This document shows, in pieces, positions 41,705 to 54,981 of a stretch of DNA of 64,000 nucleotides. A program made the position numbers and the translations under genes. Location of the stretch: assembly GCA_964016885.1 (NCBI GenBank), contig OZ024740.1:223634001-223698000 (forward strand). Reading direction: 5' to 3'. Each line of letters begins with the position of its first letter. Position 1 is the first letter of the stretch. The notes under the pieces were generated by a model. The model was not told the origin of the DNA. It saw nothing but the letters and a program-made list of their open reading frames with translations, and did not search any database. The DNA comes from Eledone cirrhosa (Eukaryota).

Positions 41705-43545
41705 AAGAAGACATTATAATATGGTTAAAAAAGTTTCATGTATTTTATTATGCGCATTTCAAAAGCAAATATAATCCTGGGACGATATTTGCGTTCTCTT
41801 CAGATAAAATTCAACAACGAATATTGGACTAGAGCTGATACTTCCAACAATTTTGACATTACCTTGGGTTCGTCGGATTCAGCGCATTGACGTACTTGGT
41901 TGGAATTTTCATCTTGAACTCTTTAAATCAGAAAATTCCTCAACTTCGCGGTGGAATTTATCGTGACGAAACCCTTTTTACTGTCTTAAACTGTAACTTA
42001 GTAAACCTTAATATTATCAGGAATAATATACTTGATGTATTTAAGCACCATAACCTAAAAATTGAATTTGAAAACAACATTAAGTTAGCTAACTTCCTGG
42101 ATATATCCCTTAATCTTGACACCGGCCTATATTACCCATACCTTAAGGATAATGAGAATCTAAATTATGTTAATTTTAAATCAAACCACCCTATTATTGT
42201 TAAAACTGCTATTGTCAGAAATGTTGAAAAAAGAATTTCTAATCTATCTTCTAATAAACTTATCTTTGACGCTAAAGCCAATTATTACAATAATGCGCTA
42301 TCCTGAGCTGGTTATCCAGACAGAATTAAATACAATAATGAAACCAATCATGGCAGAACTTATAGTAATATAGCTAGGTATAAGCATTCCAATAGCATAA
42401 AGAGAAGACCTAGATATACAAATATTATTTGGTACAACGCTCCTTTTTCTCTTTCTATTATTAGTAATATTCCTAAACTATATTTTAGGGCGTTAGCTAA
42501 TTGCTTCGCTCCTTCACATATTTGTAGTAAGATCTTTAATAAGCATACAATTAAATTCTCTTATTCCACCACTTCCAAAATCTCTAACATTATCTCAAAA
42601 CATAATACTAAAATATTAAATAATAAATCATATCCATCCAACCCTGAGTAATAACAATATAAGGCCCGACGTCAATGTAAACTCTAGACAAGACTCCTTA
42701 AATATAAATATGACATCAAACGTAATTTCGTTGAATGCTCCTAATACTAATCTAAATCAGGAAACGTTAGCACCTCTTGTAGGTAATTTCTCCAATACAA
42801 TTCCTTCTATAAATAATTCTGGGCCACTTGCAAATAACTCTGTTAATAACATTAATCGTAAATGCCATTGCCCTAATAGAACTAAATGTCCTCTTAATAA
42901 TCACTGTCTCGATACAAATTTAGTATACGAATGTAAGGTGATAAATAGTACTAATTCTTATACCTACTTTCGCTCTACTTCTACTTCTTTTAAGGCAAGA
43001 TTATATAACCATTCTTCGTCTTTTAAATACCCACTTAAAAGAACAAACACTGCACTCTCAAAACTGATTGGTCCTTAAAAGACAAAAACATTAATTACAA
43101 AATTTCTTGGAGAAAACTTTGCAACGCTTCTCCTTATTTCAATGCTTCCCTATCCAGAAATTGTAATTTATGCCAAGCGGAAAAATTTACCATTATCTCT
43201 AATTTTAACTCTATAATAAATAGACGCACAGACTTATTTTCGCTTTGCATCCATAAATCGCTTAGGTCATTTCATATAGGTATACAGCTAATATCTTACT
43301 CCATAATTATGATTAAAATCTTTTTCTCACACATATATATCTCTTTTTTTACACATATACCCCTTTTTCTACCATATTTTAGTGCATTCATACTATGACG
43401 TTTTTCGTCCCCTAAATTTTTAATTTTTACATTTTTTGTTTTTTTTTTACTTTTTAATTCACTATAACAAATTCCTTTATCTTCTTGGGGATACAAATTT
43501 TCTTTTAAATAGTTCATCTTTATATCATTTTTTCTCAACATTACT
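41703..43545 (+). mobile_element. Penelope-like element (Hydra-like), 5' truncated with short inverted pLTR 41703-41811
   Basis: FDITLGSSDSA, GGIYRDE, NFLDISL, CHCPNRTKCPLNNHC, LVYEC, CNLCQAEK. Confidence 0.88.
41743..41809 (-). ncRNA. Type I hammerhead ribozyme, canonical core
   Basis: UUUUAU-CUGAAGA-GAAcGCAAAUAU...AUAUUUGCuUUU-GAAA-UGCGCA-UA-AUAAAA. Confidence 0.8.
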
Positions 43546-43552
43546 TTTTAAA

Positions 43553-43688
43553 TGCAATCTATATACAGAGGAGATGTCAGTAAGGTGAGAGTAGGAAATG
43601 AGTTTAGCGAGGAGTTCAAGGTACAGATAGAAATTATATGTGTATGTATATATATATATGTGTGTGTGTATGTATATATATATATATA

Positions 43689-43778
<90 letters not shown>

Positions 43779-43894
43779 CACACATATATATATATATATA
43801 TATACATACACATATAATTCCTATCTGTACCTTGAACTCCTCGCTAAACTCATTTCCTACTCTCACCTTACTGACATCTCTGTATATAGATTGC
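43553..43894. repeat. Near-perfect inverted duplication centred on TA/CA microsatellite
   Basis: 43553-~43720 is the reverse complement of ~43720-43894, including ~80 bp of RTE coding sequence. Confidence 0.9.
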
Positions 43895-44260
43895 ACTGCT
43901 CTCACAAGCCATTTTCAACACCCAATTTCTTTAAGGACCCACAGATAGATCAAAGTACTCTGTCAAAAGCCTTCTATAGATCAACAAAAGCTAAATATAA
44001 TGGCTTATTTTGGATCGGAAATTCTCTTGTAGTTGCCTCACTAAGAAGAGGCCATCTGTAGTACTTTTCCCAGACATGAAACCTAACTGTATCTCATCTA
44101 TGTTGATGCTTTCCATAATTAGCTGCGCTATAACTGTCACTTTCATAACATTGTTCATTATTTCATTCCTTTATAGTTGCTCCTTTCTAGAGCATCACTT
44201 TTGCCCTTATAGCAATTTATGTTTGTACTGCTGTGTCAGTCTTTGGGAATGACTTCATAC
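43815..44260 (-). mobile_element. RTE LINE RT fragment
   Basis: [48 protein letters not shown]. Confidence 0.8.
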
Positions 44261-45128
44261 TGTATTACTTTTATTATATAGGTTTTTAGTTTAACTCCTA
44301 ATTCTCTCTCTATATATAGGTGTGTATATATATATATACACACATATAAGCAGGAAGAGAGAGAGAAGGGGCCCTGTTTGAAGGGTGGGGCTCTGGTTGA
44401 TGAGGGGTGACCCAGTGTATTCGCCTCCGCTGCCTGCGATGAATTCGCCCCTGCACTGGACCTCTTAAATGAGTAGACTAATATGTTATGTTTCAGCCTA
44501 TTTCAACAAAGTCACACGTCTGTGAACAGATATTAAAACAAATAGAACAAACTAGCCGCAAAGTAGAGAAGGTACAGTAGGTTTGTAAATGGGCAAGGCT
44601 ATTACAATTCAGTTATTTATTCTGTCTGGAATCAATATTGAATGTAGATATAGATACCTCTTTGACGTAAAACAACTACATCTACATTTACGCTGATGTA
44701 GGTGAAAATACATTTTCATTTAAGTCTCGCTTAGTTTCATAATGAAATATAATGCTAAAGGTACAAACTAAAGAGTGTTAAATAAAATAAATATTCTTTC
44801 AACATTCAAATTAATATTTATCTATTTTAAATCTACATTCTCCTCCAGATAAAAACCAAAACTTTGTCAATGTCGAAAGAAAACTCTAGCTCCATTTTTC
44901 ATGATTACGAAAGTAATGTTGCCGGGCAAAAAATTGATTTTATAGTGTGTTATAAAATCTATTGAAAAAGCCATAGCAAACTTAATGAAACATAGAGAAG
45001 TGTTAGATAAAGCAAGTTCGTTTTACCAGAATGAGGAAATGCAGAATATATAGGCTCACCATATATACCTGTTCAGCCAGGAATGTCCCAGTTTGAGGGG
45101 CCTGTCCTAGAGTCCTGTCTGGTTTATT

Positions 45129-45308
45129 AATTGTTTCTACTTTTGGCACAAGGCCAGTAATTAACCAGTGCATTACTGGTACTTTATTTTATCGACCCAG
45201 TAAGGATGAAGGCAAAGTTAACCTCGGCGGGATTAACTTTGCCTTTCATCCTTATGGGGTCGATAAAATAAAGTACCAATAATGCACTGGTTAATTACTG
45301 GCCTTGTG
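45129..45308. mobile_element. Two Meta-like SINE 3' halves in inverted orientation inside one 16-bp TSD
   Basis: TGTCTGGTTTATTAAT at 45116-45131 and 45307-45322. Confidence 0.8.
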
Positions 45309-45324
45309 TCTGGTTTATTAATGT

Positions 45325-47935
45325 TGTATAAAAAGAGATATAATAATACAATGTTTACAGAATGAAAGCACAAAGAAATATAATATAAAGGAAAGGTGGA
45401 AGGAAAACAGAGAAAAAAAAAACACATACATCTGGGACCACATACAACAAAAGGCAGGCAGAAGGAGTGGATAACTGAGCCGCTACCAGAGTAAAAGATA
45501 ACAGTATTGTGAGGAGCGCTGGGAAATCTCTCTCATGATTTTCGCGGCAAGCCAGCACGCTCGCTGTGTTATATTGGGTGATGGTGAGGCTGATGCGCTG
45601 GAACAACCAAGTGTCCTCACAAGCTTCACCAGTCACCTCTATTAGGCAAGCCACCAGTGAAGATAGGAATATCGCAGTCAGTAGCCCGACTCCTCCAAAC
45701 GTCTCAAATGTCACAGGCTGGAAAATCTAGTTGCCCGACAGATCACAGTATTTTAGGATTTTGTTCCATTCGGCTGCGGAAGCTGTGGGTCTCGCCCTAA
45801 CCGCACCATCCAGGATGTGGGAAGAAACAAAAGAGTCACTAACTGTGAGGCCCCAGACAAGACAACTGCCTCTCGACCAGGGGCACAGGGTAAGGCCGTC
45901 AGGTCTTTTCCCATCACTTCTGGACAACCCAGATGGTTCCCAGATTGAGTGGATGTTTGCTCGGGCCAAAGCACTCTTTAGTATAAGGTTAAGCTCCGTG
46001 TGAAGCCACCAGCATTCAGGCTGCAAGAAATACCATGGAAGCCTGTGGAGTTGAGGAAATTGCCACATCGACACCTCAAACCTGGCTAGCACAATCAGGT
46101 GGTGAGCTAGCAGTGACCGACGGTCGAGGGCCAGCGTTGGAATTTGATCGAGGAAGTAAACTAGTAAAAGAGGCAGGGTAAGCAGCATTGGTTCTAACGG
46201 TGGGACTAGAATGGAGGTTGGGTGGTGCTTGAGGTGGGTTAACAGTTGTAAGAGTGATGGGGATGGCAGGGTTAATTCCATTCAGAACCTGCGGTGGAGA
46301 GGAGGGGGGTTGGAGATGAGTCAGCTCCTCCCGTGCGTGCTGAAGTTGGTGGAGAATGAGAGGTTGAAGACTGACATGTGACAGTCGTTCCACCAAGCAG
46401 GTCTCTTGGTCGTTCGACGTATGCCTCCACCACCTACAGTGGATTAGGTTAAAGTGGAGACAACTTTATCAATCGGCAATCACCAGTGATAGATCGATCA
46501 AAATATTGAGTCACTAACGGGACGATCGACGACATAGGTGAACTGTGCTTGAGGACGAAGTTAGGGGTAAGTGGATGGAAGAATAGAATGTGGAGAGGGG
46601 GGATTATGAGTGCATGGAGATGAGTGTGGTCATGTGAAAGGCACGTAAATACGGTGGAAGAGAAAGAGCAATGAACATGCAAAGAAAAGGAAAGAACATT
46701 AGAAGTAAATATTCAAGGCTGTGAATTTGTGTAATAGTTCATAGGTAAATTATCCAGATAATTATCCAGATATGGTAAATTATCCAGATAGCAAACGTTC
46801 AGTTTATACCAAGGGCAAATAGGAGGGGTCCCAAAGGGTCGCCCTGTTGGACCCCAGTGGCCGAAGGTATGACCATATCAGCAGCAAGGAGCATCCTCGG
46901 GGCTCCATATGACAGGTAGGCCAGCGGGTAGGCAGAGGGGTCTCGGCTAACGCAGGCATCAAGCAGATGGTCCCGGCGTAAGCAGTTAAAGGCATTCCTC
47001 ATGTCAAACTTGACAATGAGGTGCCTGGAGTCCTTGGTTACCGATTCCGGTGGGCAGCTGTTGAAGAACTGCCTGGTTGCATGTGCGGCCCCCTCACAGC
47101 CACAGGACACGACGATACCCAGTTACTCCGGACCGAACTCCTCACCCAGTTCGGGTGTTATGGATCTGCAGACCACTTTGGCAGCCAGCCTCCGGAAGAT
47201 ATTGCCCACAGCGATGGGGCGTATGCCACCCTCTTTAGCCGCAAAAAAGAGGCCTCGGTCCAGGGAGCCATGGATAAGTCTATTGTTGAGTGCCATAATT
47301 GTACTGAGAAGGCCGCGCCTGGCCTCAGCGGAGAGAGGGATAACAACTCCTTGAGGTGGCCTGGTAGGAGACCATCAGCACCTCCACTGCTGCTAGCTGG
47401 AAAGGACTTGATGGCGGAGATCGGGTGGGTGTATGGGTCTGAGATCAGCGGGTGGCTCAGGGTGCTTGAGTCGCAGGACAGCCAGGACCTCCTCGGTGGG
47501 CTGGAGGACAGTGTCCTCTAAGGCAAGAACACTGACTGCGGCTGAGGGACCACCCATGATTAATTTGGCATTTACGCGGTCACACAAACACTTGGCGCTA
47601 GCCTCAGGGGTGGAGGATTGGGGGTACCCGCTGCTGGGATGTGTGGCGTCCCTAGGCACGTTTGGAATGGGCGCTTGCCCAAAGGATGAGTCATTGGCCT
47701 TGACGAAGGCTGCTGTCGACCGGCTTCCCCGGTCAGCGGCAGAGCTGGGGAGGCCGAGAGCAAGTGGTGCGAAATAAAAGAGTCGCTCCCAGTCGTTGGC
47801 TCGATTGGGGTCCAGGGCTCTCTCAATCGAGATAGTGAGGGCATCCCGCACCCGTGCCACTCTCGGGATCCTGATTGGGATCTTCCGGAGCCGCCTGAGC
47901 CGGTGGTGTGCCAGACGGCCGTGGCTGGGCAGACA
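45325..47935 (-). mobile_element. CRE-clade non-LTR retrotransposon (RT + restriction-like endonuclease), deleted/rearranged
   Basis: IRPIAVGNIFRRL, GCEGAAHA, KFDMRNAFN, GVQQGDPLGPLLF; H.ELN...EPSGL.RSDGKRPDG.TL.PW, AE.NK..KY, P.TFETFG. Confidence 0.85.
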
Positions 47936-48481
47936 AAGGGAAGAGATGGATTGACCTTTCAGTCACACCTGTCTATAAATAAATTCAGGTTATTTCAAGA
48001 AGGATATGGGTGGTGTCATGTATTACCTCTTCTTGTGAAGTTAGTGCCAGTTCCTCGCCATTTTTAGTTATTTATTTATTTTTTATTATTTTTATTTTTT
48101 GGTTTGTCTTTGAATTATTGTGCATGTAAGTTAAGGAGGGGTGGGTAATTGTGTGTGTGATTGCATGATACAATTGTTCCAGGTTGGTTCCATTCGTTGT
48201 CGCCAGTGAAATGTGGCAGTGGATTCTGGTCCGCAACCAATCCTTTAAAATTTTCTTTTAAAGATCTGTTATTCCTCTCCGTGGATTGTAAATGGTAAAA
48301 TCCGTTCGAATGTCCCTGCGAGTTAAGTGATCCAAAGGAATGGTAAAATCCACAGTTCCCTGAAAAATACTTTCAAGATGCTTCAGACAAAGCACACGCT
48401 CACGCGAAAAAAAGGAAAAGTTGAACATTTTTATCTCATTTGGTGTCGAATTGGTAGGGCCAAAAAATGTTCTAAACACAA

Positions 48482-48531
<50 letters not shown>

Positions 48532-48804
48532 GGAGGCATGTGGCCTAGTAGTAAGAGTGTTGGACTTACGATCATAATGTCGTGCGTTCGATTCCTGGGT
48601 TGCGTGTTGTGTTCTTGAGCAAAACACTTCATTTCACGTTGCTCCAGTCCAGTATGCTCAGCTGGAAATGAGTACCAGCAATAGCTGGAGATTTAACCCT
48701 GAGATGGACTGGCGTCCTGTCCAGGGGGAATTCTTGTACTCTCAGTCGCTTCACGCCAGGATAAGCACCGGACAAATGAGCCTTCTGGCTTAAGACAGAC
48801 GTTT
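48532..48804 (+). mobile_element. tRNA-headed CORE-like SINE, near full length
   Basis: A-box TGGCCTAGTAG, B-box GTTCGATTCC, CORE-like TGTGTTCTTGAGCAAAACACTT; between (TA)n tracts. Confidence 0.75.
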
Positions 48805-50494
48805 ATATATATATATATACATTCATATGCATTAATGAACATTTTACTTTAAACACAGAGGGACATCTGTAAATTATAATAACGATATTTAAATATAAAT
48901 ATACATATCTTTATTAATCTCAACATTCCTTTTTTTATTTCCTTGTGTGTAGCAACACGTGGTTGTGTGTGTTGCTGCTGACTCTAGCAGAGCCCAAGAA
49001 AACACGTCTTGCCCTGACTGCGACCGTTTTGTTGTCCTCGATGGCACTACATCATCCTAGAATGTTTCGGATATTGACGAAAAGACATATAACTGAAATG
49101 ATAAAGGTTTTTAATCTGCAGAGAATCCTAGTTTGATGTTAATAGGAGATATTGCAGTAAATTTTATAGATAGTCACCTGTCTTGTGTTTAATAGGAAAT
49201 TATTTTTTTGTCGTGCTACCACACCCTTCCCCTTCTGTTTCCTAAAAAACCGGTCCCTTTTCGACAGATTTGGTAGTTAGATTCGTTGAATTCGAGAACA
49301 CAAGAAGAACATAGGGAAACAAATTTCCTATCGACGCGAAAGGGGTTTGGATCTATAGATTTACCAATATTTGTTGTCTGTCTACACAAAAATTATAAAG
49401 TACGTGTTCAATAATGTTTAGCTGCTGTTTCTAGACATCACCTTACACAGTGTTAGACATTTCAGCTACTATTCTCAGCTGTGAAAAACAAACATGTTTT
49501 ATTTATTTCTCTCTTAGAAATTCTATTTCATTCCTTTTAAAAAGTAGTTCATGTAAGAGCGTGAGGTATGAGTTACGTCTACTTCATTATTTCTAGAGCG
49601 TACGAAGCAGTGTTATGTGGGCTATTTCGCTTCATCAGGCAAAAGTGTACGCCACCGTTCGAAATTATCCAATAAATTCTAAGCAGAAAATTTAGTACAC
49701 GCATACACACACATTCACTGTGTGGTGAGGTCATGTCACAAAATATGATGTTTCACAAATGAGATGATAAAGGACAGCATGTTGAAGAAAAAGGAAGGAG
49801 GTCAAAACGATATTGTTGCGTGTTTACTGATGTAGTCCCCAGCTGTTTTTACTTAATTTCTATTTGTAATTTGTCAATACATCTGATCAAGAGTGGGTAA
49901 TAGCTTTTATGTAATTATGTTCCATTACCAATAGAAATATTGTTGTAGTGGTAATATTTTTATAATGAGTGACACTGTTCAGTATATGTTGCCATGGCTA
50001 TCTCCCTTTCTGTGGATTTAAATGTTGAAAACAAAACATCGTAATAACCACACTTACAAGAAAGGAAAGAAAACAATTATTCCTCTAACAAATATTTGTT
50101 TTCCAACAAATAACGTTTACGTTTTGTTTTTATAATTTCTTTCATTCAGTTTATGTTCAAACTCCGTTCAGCTAATATTTGTATTGGGGTATAATCTAAC
50201 ACATAGATAGGGAATTTATCCCCCGCATGATTAATTAGTTAAAACACAGGCACACGCGCACATATTCACGAATACACAGAAACATACACCCACTTGAAGG
50301 TCATTGACAACCACTTTCATATGCATCCATAGCTTAGAGAGTTGTTCTGGGTGTAGACTTCTACATTATAAAGTGATATTTTGGTACTACAATGAAACAT
50401 TTATTAAAAAATGGGACAGGATTTATTACATGATACCTTTCTCTTATTTTAATTTTTAGTGGTCCTGTAGTGAAATCTGTCCACGTATACTGAC

Positions 50495-50651
50495 CTCCAA
50501 ACAACACAGGGCTGCTGTTTTTCTTTATCTCGTGCTGGCGTCTGTAGTCTGAAGAAACTGACCAACTTGGTGTTAAATGAGATAAGATGTTATTAATGCA
50601 ATTCCACGCTCGTTTCTCGGAAGCGAAGGATATCACTTCAAGTTGCTCAAG
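50495..50651 (-). other. Candidate exon (157 nt), product unknown
   Basis: Acceptor TTTCTCTATAG, donor G/GTCAGT, one open frame LEQLEVISFASEKRAWNC...; no recognisable domain. Confidence 0.2.
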
Positions 50652-50880
50652 CTATAGAGAAATGTAGCACTTAACCAAACCCTCCAAAACCTATCAACAG
50701 GGTTGGGCTACTTCGATAATGTTAGTTCAGTGCATCTGGTCAGACTACTACTACATTTACAAAAACCAACCACACAAACATAACACACAATTCACTTGGT
50801 TATTTATTGTTTTCCTGATTTATCAACAATAGCTTCGGCGTAAACTATTCTTTTAATACACAATTATTTAAGTAACGATC

Positions 50881-51038
50881 GGACGCCATGCTTTGACGCA
50901 TAGAGTTACGGCCCTTGCCATTCTGAGTTCAAATCCCGCCGAGTTTAACTTTGCCTTTCATCCTTAGGGGGTCGATAAAATAAAGTACGAGTAATGTACT
51001 GGATAATTGCTGGCCTTGTGCCAATAGTAGAAACAATT
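50881..51038 (+). mobile_element. Meta-like SINE, 5' truncated
   Basis: Family match; TSD ATTATTTAAGTAACGATC. Confidence 0.85.
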
Positions 51039-52019
51039 ATTTAAGTAACGATCATTTTTTATTTGTTCATTCATCAGCATTTAACTGTACTTATATAAGG
51101 GACAAATTTTACCTCACACATAATCACCGAGGAAGCCCACATTACTACTACAACCTCTGTCACGCTCAAATGAACACTACCGACACAAACCCAAATTCTT
51201 CCATCACTACATCTACTCTACATTCTATCGTTACACAACTCACCATTAATTCGCTACAGTCCTGTGTTTCTTACAGCGAGATAGAAGCACGATGAGAGAG
51301 AAAGACAAAATGATATAAATCACTCTATTCTCTCCTATCCAAAAGATGAAAATCTGCCAGAATGAAAACATTACTTTAATAACACTTGTCTAATCATTAT
51401 CTATCCCTAACTGGTGCAGCCAGTTGTTGACGTGTCACATTAGACACGTTATGATAGTCAGCAGTTGCCATTGATCTTAGCCGTCCATCATACGTTGATA
51501 GGCCCCTATGCTGAAATCTTTCCAGTTCCTGTCTAAGGCAGTCTGTCTTATCTGTTATTCAAGATTCATGGTCCACAATCATCGTGTCTAAGCTGTAAAA
51601 GGAACCAAACAACAAACATAAAAAAACAAAACAAAGGTCTACTACTTAAATTGACAGCTTATAAGACAACAGTTTGAAAAGTTTCACCATTAAAGAATAC
51701 ATCTACGTCAGCAGGGATGTCCAGCAGCCATTACACAGATTAGACAGGTAGGCCATCCTTCGAACTCAACCCAACCTAAACCACTCTTTGCACATTCAGG
51801 CAAATATGAATCTTGAAAGACGCCTAGCATCTGCTTAATCACATATATATATATATATGTAGGAGGTGAGTTTTATTGTAGTACAATAAAGCAATGCAGA
51901 TATCGGATAAGAAGCACTCTACAGTTTGTAGGACTGGAGTATAAATAATATATAAGATATGTTGATTTAAAACTGCACTATTCACAAGTGTGTTTTAACC
52001 TTCATATCATGTCTCCCTA

Positions 52020-52086
52020 TTTTATCTGACGAAAACGCAAATGTTATTGCACGATGATATTTGTTTTTGAAATGCGCATAATAAAA
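52020..52086 (+). ncRNA. Type I hammerhead ribozyme, canonical core, in solo pLTR (~51860-52120)
   Basis: UUUUAU-CUGACGA-AAAcGCAAAUGUUAUU gcac GAUGAUAUUUGUuUUU-GAAA-UGCGCA-UA-AUAAAA; homolog of 41743-41809. Confidence 0.8.
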
Positions 52087-52118
52087 TACATGGAACTCTT
52101 TTAACCATCTTTTGATCT

Positions 52119-52197
<79 letters not shown>

Positions 52198-52394
52198 ATA
52201 TTTAGACAAAAATAGAAATTGTCCAATGAAAAGGAGAAAATTTCCAATGGACGGTAAAACATTTTTGTTTTATAAGCAACAACACCAACAACACTACCAA
52301 CACTAATACCACCAGTGGTGATTTTAAAATCCAAATATGTTATATTTTCCATTGGAAAATGTCAACTTTTGACTGAAAAATTGTATATGATCAT

Positions 52395-52825
52395 AATTAT
52401 CATTTAATGTCCATATTTTAATGCTTGTATGTGTTAGACGGGTTGTCATGTTATGAGACAATTTAGGTCCAGATATGAACCTGCTCATACAGATCTGTAT
52501 CTTGGCTCAGTTTCTACGGTTGGATGCCCTTCCTAACACCAACCACGTCATAGTGTGGACTGGGTGCTTTTTTATTGTGGCACTGAACAACCATCTAACA
52601 GGATAGACTGGGTGTTTTATGTCATGTCACCAATATGACTGTCTTACAGGATGGACTGGAAGATTTTTGTCATGTCACCAGCATAACCCTCCTTAGAGTG
52701 TGGACTGGGTGATAATTCTCATGTTACCAACATGACGTCGTTACAGAATGGACTGGGTGCTTTTATTGTTGTGGCACTAGATCAGAATACATTGTAGACT
52801 TAGCGGTTTTGTTGTGGGAACTGTG
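52395..52825 (-). mobile_element. RTE 3' UTR remnant with ~42-bp degenerate tandem repeats
   Basis: GGATGCCCTTCCTAACACCAACCAC motif; repeated (T)GGACTGGGTG...TCATGTCACCA. Confidence 0.6.
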
Positions 52826-54680
52826 TATATATATGTTTTATATATGTTTGCGTATGTATATATATATATATTTATATATGTATGTATATAGTGCAGTTTA
52901 TAATGCTGGTACCATAACAAAAGTCACTGAATAGATGGTAGTGGTATTAGGCAAAAGTCTCTGAGTACATATTATAACATGGTTGGCATTATGAGGGGCA
53001 TCCAGCTCTAGGAAAGCAAGCCAAAAGTGAATTCAATGAGCAAGATATGGTCACCAGACTTGTTTAGTATCATAGCGTGACAGTCTAATTCACATAAGCA
53101 TAGAAGATAAAAATTACATTGTGATAATGATGTTAATGAATTCATTACTGACAAACATACTTTTCCATTACACATAGATATAATTTCAGTTATTTTGAAA
53201 ATCTGGCAGTCTTTAAATTCTCTTTCAGTTTGTGAGGATACTACATTCTTAACCAGTTTTAGCATCATCATGGAGGCTTTTTATTCTAAAGGTTTATTTG
53301 CCTGAACTTAATTAAAATAGATTTGAGGCTATTTTTTTTTATCAAATTACCCCATAAATCTTTGTTAGTTGTTAATTTTATGTACAGAATTTGTTTCTAA
53401 TTTCATTCCATCACATTTTCACATCACCTTTGTCACATTATTTTTCCTTTCCACCATACCCTGTAACTCTTATATGATGAGTCATAACCTGACCAACTTT
53501 GAAATAGGATTCCCTTTATAATGTAGACAGTAGGGTATATAGCTGGATCAGAATTAACGCAAAATTATATCTGAACTAACAAAATAAAAGAAAAAAAGAG
53601 AAAATGAGCAAAGCAAAACGAAACAAAAAATCAAAATCCGTTGAAAAAAGAACAAAAGGAAAGAGATTATGAATACGGCTATGAGACAGATGGAAATAAA
53701 AGAAAACATACATTAAGAGAAAGATCAATAGAATAAAGAATAAAAGTGGATGGAGTATTGGGAAAGCATAAATAAATAGAAAATAGGAAAAGGAAGGTGA
53801 TTTCAATGTTTGCTATGAATGGAGAATGAGCTTTTCATCTTGCTATGTATAGTGTTGAATGTAGAGGGAGAGTATTGTTAGTTGATAGTCTAAGCCTGTC
53901 AGTCAAGTGTGAGGAGAAACAGGTTGTAAGGACGGATACTATTGAGCACATCAACATCACTGATCCCATGCATGATTTGCGTAACTGTGCCTGTAATTAG
54001 ATTTTCAGTGTGACTGCACTTGTGAAAGGGTGACAAATGGGAGAGAATATCTGAAAATAAGGGAATTTCTATGACGCTCTTGTAAAACTGGTGAAGGAAA
54101 ACACTACAGATATGCAGAATTTTCAAGTATGAATTGCAACCTTCAAACTATAATACGTTCTAATGACAGGCTAATGCCTGGCATTAATTTTAAGATGATG
54201 TATATTGCTTACTGTAATTTCTCAATAATTATAAAATTTGAAAGAGTGTGAAACAATCACTGTCATGGTCTTGGCATGTGATATGAGAAGGTGATGAAAA
54301 AATGCTAGCAGTAATTTTGCTGTTGAAACAATATTAAAAAAAGTGGAAAAGATGTAGTCATGATAATTGTGAAGTTATTGATAGGAATTCTGATGCATGT
54401 AGGAGCAATAATTTATGGTACGAAATGAATGACAATCACAGAAGTGATAATTAAAAAGCTGGTATTGTCAAGTAACTGTAACAATAGAGATAGCTATGAA
54501 AATAGTGTAAACCTCAAGCTTCAGTTATTAAAAAATGTATTTGTAACAATCTTTGCACTCCAGCAGTTACAGCTAAGTAATGGAAGCCACAATGTAAGCT
54601 GCTGATGCAGTGGTGGTAGTAGTAGTAGTAGTGGTAGTGCTGTTGCTGATGTTGTACTGTTAAATAGTTGTAGTAAAAAT

Positions 54681-54981
54681 AATTGTTTCTACTTTTGGCA
54701 CAAGGCCAGCAATTACTCACTGCATTACTGGTACTTTATTTTATCGACCCCGTATGGATGAAAGGCAAAGTTACCCTCGGCGGGATTAGATAATTGTTTC
54801 TACTTTAGGCACAAGCCCAGCAATTATCCAGTACATTACTGGTACTCTATTTTATCGACCCCGTAAGGATGAAAGGCAAAGTTAACCTCGGCGGGATTTG
54901 AACTCAGACTGTAAAGGGACGTAACTATGCTAGAAGGCATGGCGTCCAACCCTCTACCGATACTGCCAGTTCACCGCCCTT
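54681..54981 (-). mobile_element. Two tandem Meta-like SINEs (partial 54681-54787, full 54792-54981)
   Basis: Family match; CGGGATTAGATAAT duplicated around the second copy. Confidence 0.85.

Noticed and set aside
47001-47777. Plus-strand ORFs of 114-166 aa
   Set aside because: Antisense shadows of the GC-rich CRE RT coding region
48532-48600. tRNA gene
   Set aside because: A/B boxes belong to a SINE head that continues into the CORE-like body; no cloverleaf
49621-49640. Minus-strand CTGATGA-agc-GAAA
   Set aside because: No stem II; likely chance
52550-52770. CRISPR-like repeat-spacer array
   Set aside because: Degenerate tandem units within an RTE 3' UTR; eukaryotic context; no cas genes
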